NCBI GenBank assembly: GCA_951406725.2
Contig: OX597814.1
Location: 161,944,001-162,008,000 of the forward strand
DNA length: 64,000 nucleotides
DNA from: Octopus vulgaris
Lineage: Eukaryota
Direction of reading: 5' to 3'
Below the pieces are notes generated by a model. The model saw only the letters and a program-made list of their open reading frames with translations, was not told where the DNA came from and searched no databases. The translations under genes were made by a program, and so were the position numbers. The stretch's first letter is position 1; every line of letters starts with the position of its first letter. Below, piece after piece: positions 40,091 to 52,590 of this stretch.

Positions 40091-40439
40091 GTGAAACATA
40101 CTAGCTTCATGCTGTTATGTTGTAGACCCAGATCAGTACTGATCAAGCAACTCCATGGTACAACCAGGTACAATCCAAATATCTACTGTTTCTTGACAGT
40201 CCACACCTTTGGTTATGAAGAATCATGCTATGTGCTCCAACATGCAGTGAGTTAGTATATGTGGTGCAGTGTGACGATACAGGAATGTTGTTTTTGTAGT
40301 TCTGGAATAGAAGGATTAAGTAAAGTGGGACACTGTGAAGAAGGGCAGGGTCATCAAGTAGTTTTAAGAGGTGGCAAACAGTTTACTAGTTCAGAGAAAC
40401 AGAAGTTATTGTAATAGTAGAGAAGATAGAGAAATGGTA

Positions 40440-41880
40440 TATGCATGATCTAGAGGTTGTAGAGAAAATCTTCTCCAATCTTCCAGGTGGCCTTCTTTGA
40501 AAACACAAAAATGTTCATGTTTTATAGAAGCAGCACCATTCCATTAGAGCACAGAAGTACTAATCTTGTTAAGACTCATCTAATTAGTCAATTAGCTTGA
40601 GACTAATATAACGGTGGCACTACTGTACATCCTCTTAGATTTTGTAACAGCATATGCTGATACTATTTCATCAATTATTTCAAATAACATTTCCAGCACT
40701 AACTAGTTAACTAAATTTACTAATTTACATGGCATTTATGTATCCTCATGCATTCAACTGTTCAGTAAATATCCCCTTCACTGTCTTTCTCACTATACTG
40801 AGACTAATCTTAGTAGATGGTCTCTTTGTAGATCCTAACTATCTTTCAAATATTCTTTTGGAACTTTTCATTATGTACTCCTCTACCTGTTTCATTTCAC
40901 TGTCATTGGAGAGTAAATGTGACAGTATCATTCTAGATCCATTTTTTTCCCCTGTTGACATTACCTTTTAGTCTGAAATACTTCATACCTCTTATCCCTA
41001 TGATCAAAATAGTGATAAATATCCTGCTCTCAACCTTCTTGACATTAAAGGCAACAAACTGGCAGAATCTTTTGCACATCGGGCAAAATGCTTAGTGGCA
41101 TTTCACCCATCTTTACATTCTGAGTTCAAATTCCCCTGAGATCAACTTTACTTTTTATCCTTTTGGAGTTGATAAAATAAGTACTAGTTGAACACTGGAA
41201 TCAATGTAATCGATTTACCCCTTCTTGAAATTGCCTGCCTTCAACCAAAATTTGAAACCTTTCTGACATTATTCTTCCTGCTTAATTTCATGGTGTCCTT
41301 ATTTACTTCCCACATTTTTTAATTCCTCTCAGGCTAATCCCTTAGTTCTAATAATGTTACTCACATGCTTCATTATCCATAGACCTTTTTTGTGATTGGC
41401 AACAGATTGTCTTTGAAGAATTCTCAGTTTTCTCTCATATACTTCTCTATTTCATTTTTTTTGAATAGGTGACATCTTGTACAAATTAGAAATTTTACAT
41501 AACAGGAGGCTTCCATATTTTCCTTACCTTAGATATCATTTCATGACCTGATGAAGGAATCCCTACTTAGTTACATGATTTGATAAAAATCGCAACCAAA
41601 TTTCTTTTACATGGTACCCTACCTTCTTCTTCAAGTGCCTTCCCTACAGGCAAAGGATCTCCATGCTTTACTATCCCTCAGACATCTCAACATATCATTG
41701 CGCATTGAGTCAGTCTTTCTGAAGCTAGCTCCTAAGCCACTGAGCATCTCTTGTTTTTGTACTTTCCAGTTACTTCTTTTCATTTTCTTTGTTGTCACCA
41801 AATGCTCAAGGCTTCTTTTCCTTTTCTTGACATCCCAGTCAACTTTGTGTGTTGCCTCCTTATGTTGTTAAGAAACTTTC
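40440..41880 (-). mobile_element. Old LINE remnant interrupted by a SINE
   Basis: Purine-biased minus strand with decayed RT-like stretches; no intact motif. Confidence 0.35.
41047..41256 (+). mobile_element. SINE family 1
   Basis: AAGGCAACAAACTGGCAGAA..GAGTTCAAATTCC..GATAAAATAAGTACTAG; flanking AACCTT(CT/TC)TGACATTA direct repeat. Confidence 0.8.
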
Positions 41881-41900
41881 TGGGATCTTTGCTTATTTAA

Positions 41901-42101
41901 CTCTTTAGTATTTAAGCCAGCCATATCTGGCCAAAATATTCTACCTGTTTTATGTTCAAACTGGCCAGATATAACTTCATACACCTACCCAGCACAACCA
42001 CATCATTGAAATATTGAAGCCATGAGACAACACATGATTAATTTAAAGCAATATGAATAAATAAACATTATATTTAACAGAATAATCTGAAAACTAAAGG
42101 G
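41901..42101. mobile_element. piggyBac-type MITE
   Basis: TTAA|CTCTTTAG ... CTAAAGGG|TTAA; a second truncated copy lies at ~45001-45198. Confidence 0.7.
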
Positions 42102-43316
42102 TTAAAGACCTTCTTATTTGTCATTCTGATCCGCAGAGGATACCTCTACCATTCGTTTAGTGAACCACGTCTCTGCAGAAATGATAAGCATTTATATCTT
42201 ACTATCTTTAATAAAATAAAAAGAGAAACATAGATATTGGTTGGAATGCTTTTGATTATAGATCTGCTCAATCTAGGTTGAAATGGAGACTAAACAACAA
42301 CGATATGCTATTTTATACTTTATCTTCCTCACTTACAGCAGATGTCACTAATTAGTAATCTATGTTAAAGTAGCACAGTTCTCACAGGGCATGCTTTTGA
42401 TACACATAGCCATGTCTTTTCTTGGGATAAAGTCACGTTTGCTCTTCCCCATCATAATCATCACCCCACTACCATCATCATCATCAGCAGCATTTAACAT
42501 CAAGCTTCCATGCTGGTGTGGGATGGACAATTGACAGGAGCTGGTAAGCCAAAGGACCAGGCTCTGTCTGTTTTAAGCATGGTTTTACAAATAGATGCCC
42601 TTCCTAATACCAATCACTATATAGAATGGACTGGTTGCTTTTAGATAATGAATTGCTTTATGACACTGCAGGAACCTAGAGTCCAATCCTTTTACTTAGA
42701 TGTAAAAATTCATCTGAGTAATGTCACAGTCATTCTAGATTCAAAAGTCTAGTTCTCTCATAAGTCCAACTCTAAGCATTGCTGAATAGTATTGCTTATA
42801 TAGTCTTGCTAAATGACCTTGCTAAATGGCCTTGCTAAATGGCTTGCACTAGCACATGGATCACATGACTGCCCATGTATGTCAAACTTTCCACAATAGG
42901 AATGTTACATCTCTCCTTTCTTTCTTTCATAACAGATAAGAGAAAATTCATAATGTTTGGGCATGGATTAGTTTTCAAACTCATCTGTTGCTGAAGATAC
43001 CAGCTGCACACATTAAGGCCAGTTACACTTGTTGTATAACTCAAATGGATCCACACATATCAAATATAAACACAAACTCAATGTAAACACAACCAAATTT
43101 GTGTTATGCAATCCAACAGTAGACATACAAAAGAAGTAGATGCATCCCAAACAGAGTCTCACAGACCAAATGTAGTCACAAAGTATGAAACAACCCAAAT
43201 GGAGTTACATCCACCAATCCCCCATCTCCTCCTCAATGTTGTTGCTGCTGTGGCTGCCACAGCCACTGCCATCACCACTAACACTGGTGGAACACTGTAT
43301 TGACTTATAAGCCTCT

Positions 43317-43540
43317 AGGTGGCGAGCTGGCAGAAACGTTAGCATGCTGGGTGAAATGCTTAGTAGTATTTCGTCTGTTGTTACATTCTGAGTTCAAATT
43401 TTGCCATGGTCAACTTTACCTTTCATCCTTTCAGGGTTGATAAAATAAGTACCAGTTATGCACTGGGGTCGATGCAATCGACTTAATCCCTTTGTTTGTC
43501 CCCTCTGTGTTTAGCCCCTTGTGGGCAATAAAGAAATAAA
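43317..43540 (+). mobile_element. SINE family 1
   Basis: AGGTGGCGAGCTGGCAGAAACGTTAGC..GAGTTCAAATT..CCCCTTGTGGGCAATAAAGAAATA. Confidence 0.85.
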
Positions 43541-44199
43541 ATGTACAGGATAGCACGTTATGATTCTATATTAAAATAACCAGTAATTAATATGTACATA
43601 CCAATTGCCAAGAGGAATGTGTTTTACATGTAAAATTGGTATACTCAATTGTTACACCACTATATTTGGTGGTTATTTAAGCAAGGTGTTCATGGATGGT
43701 TAGTGGGTTGGAAGTGGTGCTGAAGAAAGAACAAGAACTCCTGAAATATACATATCCACCCATTATGCATTTTTCTATTTTTGATTGCATTATTTCCATA
43801 AATGCAGTAATAGTACATGAAACATCATAACTTCCATTGCTGAGTCTAGTTTCAACAGAAAACCAGCAGAGATAATTGAAAGACACTTATATAACTTCTT
43901 GAAAACACATATTATTCAACATCTCTTGTTGCTTCTTAAAAATAAAAAAACATTGTACAATGTAGTCTGGGACACATTATATCTGAAAACAAAGATGGGT
44001 TGGTCATGGCTGGAATGCCTTTGATCATAGGTCTTCTCAGTCAGTGCTGTCTTATAGCTAGAGAACAACAAAACAATCAAAATAAATCATGATGTTGAAA
44101 TAATTTTGAGAAAGTGATGTATAGAGGTCCATGAAACTAAAATGGTTGCAGGACGCTGTCTACAGTGCATGATACTGCATCTAATATTCATATACTGTT

Positions 44200-44525
44200 T
44201 TGTGTGTGTGTGTGTGTGTGTTCGTGTGTGTGAATGTATGCATGTGTGCCTCTGTGTGTATGTGCATGTATGTGTGTGTGTATCTGTGTGTGTCTGTGAT
44301 TGTATATATGTAATGTGTGTGTATGTATGTATGTCTGTGTATGTGTGCATATATATATCCCTGTATGTATGTATATGCATGTATGTACGTTAGTATGTAT
44401 GTTTGTATGTGTGTACATATGTGTGCATGTGTGTGTATGCAAGTATGCATGTATGTGTGTGTGTGTGTGTAGATGTATGCAAGTGTATGTATGCAGGCAT
44501 GTGTGTGTATGATTATGTACACGTG
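44200..44525. repeat. Degenerate (TG)n/(TATG)n microsatellite
   Basis: Read directly. Confidence 0.9.
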
Positions 44526-45000
44526 TCTTTATTTCGTTGTCTATATTTTACCTATTTTCAACATTATATCTTTCTTTTCTTTTCAATATTCCTTAACCCA
44601 TTTTGAGTTTATCTACGTTTTTTAGAGAGTGTCTAATGCAAATTACATTTCAGATAAATGACACATTGTACAGAATCTATATATTTTAAAAGAATTGCTA
44701 CAAAAGTACCAAATTCGTGATAGTGCTATCATAAAATCTATTTAACCTAAATGTCATTATAAAATAAGAAAAAAATAAGCTAAAAAAATATTATTAATAA
44801 ACATAAGAATGCATATGCTCGCACGTAATATAGTTGCATATTATATAAGGATAGTGAGATGGATGGATAATAATGATTGATAATAAACAAGTCAGAGGAT
44901 CTAATATTAAAGTGCTAGTACACACATCCCCTGTATTACTAATTTAGTATTAGAAAGCTTCTGAACAGATGTGATGCCAGAGTTGGAATGCTCTAATCAT

Positions 45001-45198
45001 ATCCAGCCAAAATATTCTGTCTCTTTTATGTTCAAACTGGCCAAGTCCAACATTTCACACTTGCCCTACAATGTCATTCTAGAGCTAAACAATTGCATCA
45101 TCAAAATCTTGAAGCCAGAAGATAATGCATGATTAATTCAAAACAATGTGAATACATAAGCATTACATTTGATAGAGTAATCTGAATGCTAAAGAGTT
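45001..45198. mobile_element. Truncated copy of the 41901-42101 MITE
   Basis: GCCAAAATATTCT..TTTTATGTTCAAACTGGCCA..TAATCTGAA..CTAAAGAGTT shared with that element. Confidence 0.65.
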
Positions 45199-45295
45199 GA
45201 AACAAAGGGAATGGTTACAGATAGAATGCTGGGAAGTCAATGCTGGAGAGCTTTTTAATATAGACATGATGGAAACCTGTCTACCACAGCAGAAT

Positions 45296-46292
45296 TGATA
45301 CTGGTACTAGTGTCACATATAAAGCACTGGTGCTGGTGTCACCTACAAAGCACTTGTCATGGTGCTATGTAAAAAGCACTGGTGATGGTGCCACATAAAA
45401 AGCTCTGGTACTGGTACTGGCACTATGTAAAAAGCACTGGTGCTGGTGCCATGTAAAGAGCACTGGTGCTGGTGTCACCTAAAAAAACACTGGTGCTGGT
45501 GTCACCTAAAAAAAACACTGATGATGGTGTCACATAAAAAGCACTGGTGCTGGTGCCACATAAAATGCACTGGTGCTGGTGCCATGTAAAGAGCGCTGAT
45601 GCTGGTGTCACCTAAAAAAACACTGATGATGGAGCCACATAAAAAACACTGGTGCTGGTGCCATGTAAAAAGCACTGGTGCTGCTTCCATGTAAAAAGCA
45701 CTGGTGCTAGTATTACATAAAAAGCAGTGGTGTTAGTGCCACATAAAAAGCACTGGTGATGGTGCTATATAAAAAGCACTGATGCTGGTACCATGTAAAA
45801 AGCACTAGAGCTGGTGCCACCTAAAAACACTGGTGCTCATGTCACACAAAAATCACTGGTGTTGGTGCCATGTAAAAGTACTGATATTGGTGCCACATAA
45901 AAAGCACTGATACTGGCACTGGCACTATGTAAAGAGTGGTGTTGGTGTCACCTAAAAAAACACTGATGATGGTGGTGCACCTGAGCACTGTATACAATAA
46001 TTTCACTATTTTTTATTATTTTAAAAAGCACTGGTACTGGTGTCACATAAAAAGCACTGGTGCTGGTGCCATGTAAAAAGCACTGGTGCTAGTGACACAT
46101 ATAAAAAATTGGTGCTGGTGTCACAGAAAAAAACACTGATGATGGTGTCACATAAAAAGCACTGGTGCTGGTGCCACATAAAATGCATTGGTGCTGGTGC
46201 CATGTAAAAAGCACTGGTGCTAGTGTCACATAAAAAAATTGGTGCTGGTGTCAAATAAAAAGCACTGATGATGGTGCCATGTAAAAAGCACC
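45296..46292 (+). repeat. ~26-bp minisatellite (AAAAAGCACTGGTGCTGGTGCCATGT), roughly 35 units, inside an RTE 3'UTR
   Basis: Tandem variants read directly. Interrupted at ~45975-46022 and runs into the RTE 3'UTR and GAT tail at 46293-46462. Confidence 0.9.
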
Positions 46293-46462
46293 CAGTGTAC
46301 TCTGTAAAGTGGTTGGCATTAGGAAGGGCATCCAGCTATAGAAACCATGCTAGAACAGACAATAGAACCTGGTGCAGCCCCTGGCAGAACCAGCTCCTGT
46401 CAAATAGTCCAGCCCCAGCCAGCATGAAGTATGGATGTTAAATATTGATGAGGATGATGATC
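46293..46462 (+). mobile_element. RTE LINE 3' end
   Basis: GTGGTTGGCATTAGGAAGGGCATCCAGC..CCAGCATG..GATGTTAAA..GATGATGAT. Confidence 0.7.
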
Positions 46463-47478
46463 ATGGTTGGAACACTTTTAAAATGGACAGGATGGTTGAA
46501 TTTGGAATGATGTTTTTAATGCAGGTCAAATTGTCATGGTTGGAGCACTTTAAGAGGTTGGACTGGATGGTCACAGCTGGAATGTTTTTAATACTGATAG
46601 GATGTCATGGCTGGAATGCTTCCAAAAAGGATGAATTGTCAAGGATAGAATGCTTTTAAACAATGCAGTCATAGTTGGAGCACTATATAAAAAAGTTAGA
46701 ATGATCAAGGTTGAAATGCTTTTCACACAGACCAGAAGGTTTGGGTTGTATTCAAGAATATCTTGCTTAAGTTCCATAACATGAATGCTATTTTCCCATT
46801 TACCACCATGTTACAGAAGATGGAAATCAATAGGAAAATAAGTTTCATATTACTGAATTCTACATTAAGGCATAATTTTCTAGAATGCAATACTTCCATA
46901 ATGTACAGAATGTATAATATAATTTCTTTCAAAGATAAATCCCTAAAGTAAATCATTTAGAATTATAATCACAACGGAGCTCAGTCTTTGTTGCAGCATG
47001 GTAGCTTATATACCTCATAAACCCTGAGAGTGGCTAATATGATTAGGGGTGACATCCACAATGGAAAACCCATAGTCAAGATAGGGTTACCACATTTAAT
47101 GTAAGGAACATTAACAAGCTAATTATGTGACTAGTTAATGATTAATACTTTTTAATAATGTCCTGTTGCTTAGAGCTTTTGTCAGTTTTGTAGAAAGACA
47201 ATTTGGAATAAAAATATTTTACTTGATAAACAATTAAGTGTTGGCAACTAAAAGGGCATTCAGTCATGGAATATTGTCACAATAAATCTTGTCCCAACCC
47301 ATACCAGCATGGAAAAAGGGGGTTTAAAAACAATGGTGAGGATGGTGGTGATGACGACAATGACGCCAATGACGATGATGATGCCCAGAATTGCCCCATT
47401 CCATATGTACCAGCATAATTAAAATAATATTAGTTATTGACCAAGGTTGTTTCAGTTGCTGACCAATATTCTTCACTG

Positions 47479-47711
47479 AAGGCGGCGAGCTGGTAGAAAC
47501 GTTAGCACGTCGGGCGAAATTCGTAGCCGTATTTCATCTGTCGTTGTGTTCCGAGTTCAAATTCCGCCAAGGTCAACTTTGCCTTTCATCCTTTCGGGGT
47601 TGATAAATTAAGTACCAGTTACGCACTGGAGTCGATGTAATCGACTTAATCCCTTTGTCTGTCCTTGTTTGTCACCTCCGTGTTTAGCCCCTTGTGGGTA
47701 GTAAAGAAATA
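47479..47711 (+). mobile_element. Young full-length SINE family 1
   Basis: Perfect 14-bp TSD AATATTCTTCACTG at 47465-47478 and 47712-47725; CpGs retained. Confidence 0.92.
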
Positions 47712-48252
47712 AATATTCTTCACTGCATAATTATTTTCTATTATTGAGTCCAGACGAGAGGAGCAACTTTGACTGACACAATGTCCTTTCTATTAGCAGA
47801 AGTAGAACATCAACTGGTTACTACTCCTCCCTTTAAAGACTCCTTTGGACAGACTGCCAGTCTGCCACATAGTTAACCCCCACCATTCTGTGGGTATCAG
47901 CAATGTAAAATTAAGTGCCTTGTCCAAGGACATGTTATATTTCTTGGTCAAGGAATTAAGCCTACAATCTTAAGATCATGCACCCAACATCCAAACCAGT
48001 GGTCTACCTATCTTCACTATTACTTATAACCTTATAAGGCTCATTTCATTGACTAAGTTGACCATCATCTTCCTCATCAGCATCAGTTAATGCCCATTTT
48101 CCATGCTGGCATGGGTTAGACAGTTTGACTGGGACTGGTAAGCCAGAGAGCTGAACCAGGTCCCATTGTTTTTGGCTTAGTTTCTACAGATGGATGCCCT
48201 TCATAACACCAATAACTTTATAGAGTGTAACTGGGTGTTTTTTAGCAGCATA

Positions 48253-48643
48253 TAGGTGCAGGAGTGGCTGTGTGGTAAGTAGCTTGCTTACTAACCACAT
48301 GGTTCTGGGTTCATTCCCACTGCGTGGCACCTTCTACTATAGCCTCAGGCTGACCAAAGCCTTGTGAGTGGATTTGGTAGACGGAAACTGAAAGAAGCCT
48401 TCATATTATATATGTATATATATGTGTGTGTGTATGTTTGTGTGTCTGTGTTTGTTGCCCCAACATTGCTTGACAACCGATGGTGGTGTGTTTGCATCCC
48501 CATAACTTAGCAGTTCGGCAAGAGACCAATAGAATAAGTAGTAGACTTACAAAGAATAAGTTCTGGGGTCGATTTGCTTGACTAAAGGCGGTGCCCCAGC
48601 ATGGCTGCAGTCAAATGACTGGAACAAGTAAAAGAGTAAAAGA
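48253..48643 (+). mobile_element. SINE family 2 nested in a minus-strand RTE 3'UTR (~48062-48720)
   Basis: Same head, body and AAAAGAGT tail as 21249-21725; the RTE UTR continues on both sides. Confidence 0.85.
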
Positions 48644-51600
48644 GCATAGGTGCCTTTTACATGTCACCAACATGGGTAATGATCACGATTCACTTAGCTT
48701 GATGTATATTACCAATATGATGCAATATTTTTGAATTGCTACTACTCTGTTGAAGGGTTACTTCCTGTAACATTGCTTTTTATGAGATATTCACAAAGCA
48801 GTAAATCAATTTCTCCTCAACTGGAGGTTTTCCCATTGACATTATTCTCCAGTTCAGTAGCACAGGACAATGAAAACTTGATCAGTTTTATGTATCTCCA
48901 GCTGCTTACACCACTAGTTCCTGTTGGAAAGTGGTGGTTTATGTACTTCAATGACCCTAACAGCTATGTCAGTGGAGCACATGCTCCTGGTAGGGCCTCC
49001 TATTTTGAATAGCTCGAAGAAAAGAGGCCAGATTAATAGGAATCACTTCTTCCTAAAGGTAAAAAAAAGGGATTTGTGAAGTGCCAACACCCCTACCAAA
49101 GTAAAAAGCAAAATTACAGAAGCATTAACAATTCAAAACCAACATGACCTGGGAGAGGAAGGTCTACCCTCAGGGGAAATATATGCAGGAGACAGATGCA
49201 GAGCTGAAAAAGCAGGGATCCAGATGGAGAGAAGCAGAAAAGATAGCCAGAAGTGAAGAAGAATGGAAAAAGTTATTGATAGCTTATTCTCCACCAAGAG
49301 TGAAGGGCTTAAATAGTTTAAGTAATACTGCATTGAACTATAACAACCTGTGGTATCTATATAATTATTTGTGGAGAATTGAGTATCTTGATTATAGTCA
49401 TAATATATTTGTGGTAAGAAGATTCAAATTACTGGCGTTTCTTTTGTTTGACCAGTGCTCTCTCTATATTCCTCAAGCCCCTTACCTCAACCAAAGCTAA
49501 ATAATCTACATTGTAATGGGGAAATATAGCATATCTGATCATCCACATGAAATGTGATTATATGGCTTGCATGGTACAATAAATCTGAGAGTGATGCGGT
49601 CTAGAAATTATTAAACTTGTTAGGGTTCCTGTAAGAGACTCCAGACTTAACATGACCATTTTCACTTCATGACCCCAGCAGTAAAGCAAATAGATACCAG
49701 TCGAAAATAGTGGTTAATCTGAATAACATTTGAACTGGTAAAGGAGGGCAATGCCATATTGAATGGTTAAGAAGGCACCACTTGAGTCTGCATCTGTATC
49801 AACAGCAGTTCATTGCAATTTTATCACCTGTGCCTCATTCTACCTGTGCCACAGAGAATGGTCCTGAAACCAAAATGAGTGGGTTGCCCTCTGGCAAGTA
49901 CAGATCTACTGTAGATAAATCTATGCCCTTGGCATTTCTTTTTGCTCATATTTCCTTTAACAGAGAGAAATTGAAATTCTCAGACCCAAGAAGCCACTGA
50001 CAATATATTAATGCAGGGCCTTGGGAGAAAGTCAAAGAAAGGAATAAATACGTAGTGCATCTTTTGATAGAGGAAAGCTGAGAATAACAGAATGTTCTAC
50101 CACTTGATTGTTCTTGTAAATATAATATTTCCTCCGTACATGTTGTTTTCATAATATACTGCTAAAATATGGAAATTCCTGCAAATATTTTGTTAGAAGA
50201 TGCAATTAACCACACAGATGATAAATTTTACATAAGGAAATTCGGTCTGTAATATTCCAGGTTAAAAGATCAACAGATGAAATAAGAATAGCTACGAGTC
50301 ACTTTCTCTTGTGCTGCGTATTCTTTTTTCCTTCTTCTCTCCTTTGAAAATAACCAATGGAATAACTGAATTCTGATTACACAAATGCCAACATACATTT
50401 CTAAAAGACTTTCGTTCCCTGTATTTTCTGCTGCCAATTGTTCCAAACAAAATTATATGTGAGAAACTATAAACAAATAACAGTTTACAATATCTATTCA
50501 ATAGGAAAAAAAAAATCGTCAACTTTCCGGTAGTGTTCATTTTTGTCAGACCAGAAAGCTGTTCTATTTTATGCAACGTAACTTGATGCAACAGCTAACC
50601 GTACTTTTGTGTTTGTTTTTATTTTGCACTTGTATTGTCCTTTTTGTCATTGATTTTTCGACATATGTTTTTGTTGCTTGTTGATGCTATTGATTTTTCT
50701 TGTTATTGTTACTGTTTACTTAATCATATAAATGAAAATTTCTTGAGTTTGTTCATGTATGTTGTTGTGTTTAGATTTTTTCATATTAATGTTTTTAATG
50801 TCATTACACTTTTAGTTTATTATTTACTTTGTTGTCATTATTGTGCTGTTATTTATTTTGTTTTTACAGATTCCTCTTTGATAAGTTCTCTTTTTCTTTC
50901 TTTTTTATTATTTTTTCGTTAGCTGGAGCTATTGGCAAGTTCTCCTAGCAAACATCACCCAGTTCTTCTTCCTTGCAATGCTATTCATAGATGAGTTGAT
51001 GAATATTTGATATTATTTATCATTTTCATGCACATTTTTACACCCATTTATCTGTGACAATATGGGGTTACAATTCTCTTTAAAACTATCTCACTTATAT
51101 TGTGTGCTTTCTTCATTGACAGATAGAGAATGAGCCGCTATTTTCTGTTTTTTTAATGTAATATTCTATATGTTGTTTAAAGTAGTACCATTACAGAAAG
51201 ACTAGGAAAGGGGTAAATAAGTTACGTGTGTGTGTGTGTGTCTGCGTGCACGCACGTGTTTGTGTGAGGATCCGAATTACATTCTTCATTAAATTCAGTT
51301 GGCTTAGATTCGTTCGAAATATTTCTATCCATGAAGTCTCCAGTCTTTCTAAAACTTACTCAGAAAAGTTTTTTTCTGCGCCATTGTCACTATCCATTCT
51401 CTTTAAGAATTCACTGTTTTCCAAAGAATGTCTCATATCAAAAGCTCTTCTATAGCTCCATGCTGTGGATGGTAAACTCACCATCTTACACGAAAGAATT
51501 GTTTAAAAAATACTGTTGTTGTAAGTTCAGATTTTTGTCAACCATTCTTCTTAACATGTTTAATGAATTGAGCTACAACAAAATATTGGGTTAAATATCT

Positions 51601-51865
51601 AAAACTCTTCTTATCTATATACTTTTTTTGCTATAGGTTTGCTCAATGCTAATTGTTGAAATTAGACACAATAAACAACAACAATAACAGTAAGCCAGCA
51701 AAGGAGCCTCTATATTGTCTTTTGAGCTGCTAGAAATGGCATCCTAATCTCCTTAATATAACATTCAATAAGCTGTTACAAAAAAAAAAAAAAGAAATAC
51801 ATTACATATTTGTGGTGCTTGTTTATAACTAGCCTGTGATGTCAAGATAAGGTCACAGACACACA

Positions 51866-51900
<35 letters not shown>

Positions 51901-51902
<2 letters not shown>

Positions 51903-52231
51903 TCATCATCATCGTTTAGCGTCCGTTTTCCATGCTAGCATGGGTTGGATGGTTCAACTGGGGTCTGTGAAGCCGGAAGGTTTCATCAGGGCTAGTCAGA
52001 TCTGGCAGTGTTTCTACGGCTGGATGCCCTTCCTAACGCCAACCACTCCGTGAGTGTAGTGGGTGCTTTTTACGTGCCACCCGCACAGGTGCCAGACAGA
52101 GCTGGCAAACGGCCATGAACGGATGGTGCTTTTTATGTGCCACTGGCACGGGGGCCAGGCGAGGCTGGCAACAGACACGAACGGATGGTGCTTTTTACGT
52201 GCCACCGGCACGAGGCCAGTCGGGGCGGCGC
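51901..52231 (-). mobile_element. Young RTE LINE 3' end
   Basis: (CAT)n-CGTTTAGCGTCCGTTTTCCATGCTAGCATGGG with three GGTGCTTTTTAYGTGCCAC repeats. Confidence 0.75.
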
Positions 52232-52266
52232 TATATATATATATGTATATATATATAATAAATCTC

Positions 52267-52389
52267 TCGTGAAGTATATTTACCACTTAAATGTGGCTAA
52301 CCCTTAAAGGTGGATGCTACAAGCTACAAGCTACAGTAGCATCCACCCTTAAGGGCTAGCCACATTTAAGTGGTAAATATACTTCATGA
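52267..52389. repeat. Fold-back inverted repeat (54-bp arms, 15-nt loop) in (TA)n
   Basis: 52267-52320 pairs with 52336-52389 with 3 mismatches. Confidence 0.9.
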
Positions 52390-52400
52390 TATATATATGT

Positions 52401-52481
52401 ATATATCAAATAACATCAAAAACAGAACACAAAGGATACCGCGACATCCCTTGTGTTCTGTTTTTGATTTTATTTTATATA
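52401..52481. repeat. Second fold-back hairpin
   Basis: ATCAAAAACAGAACACAAAGGAT (52415-37) pairs with ATCCCTTGTGTTCTGTTTTTGAT (52446-68) around an 8-nt loop; extends imperfectly outward. Confidence 0.85.
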
Positions 52482-52554
52482 TTCCCTTTTACCTCAGCCA
52501 CTAGCTGGCGTATACAGGTGCTTACACTTATCAAGTATTCACCCTAAATTTGCA

Positions 52555-52590
<36 letters not shown>

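Noticed and set aside
45296-46292. CRISPR-like array
   Set aside because: Units are contiguous with no unique spacers, there are no cas genes, and the context is eukaryotic; it is a minisatellite.
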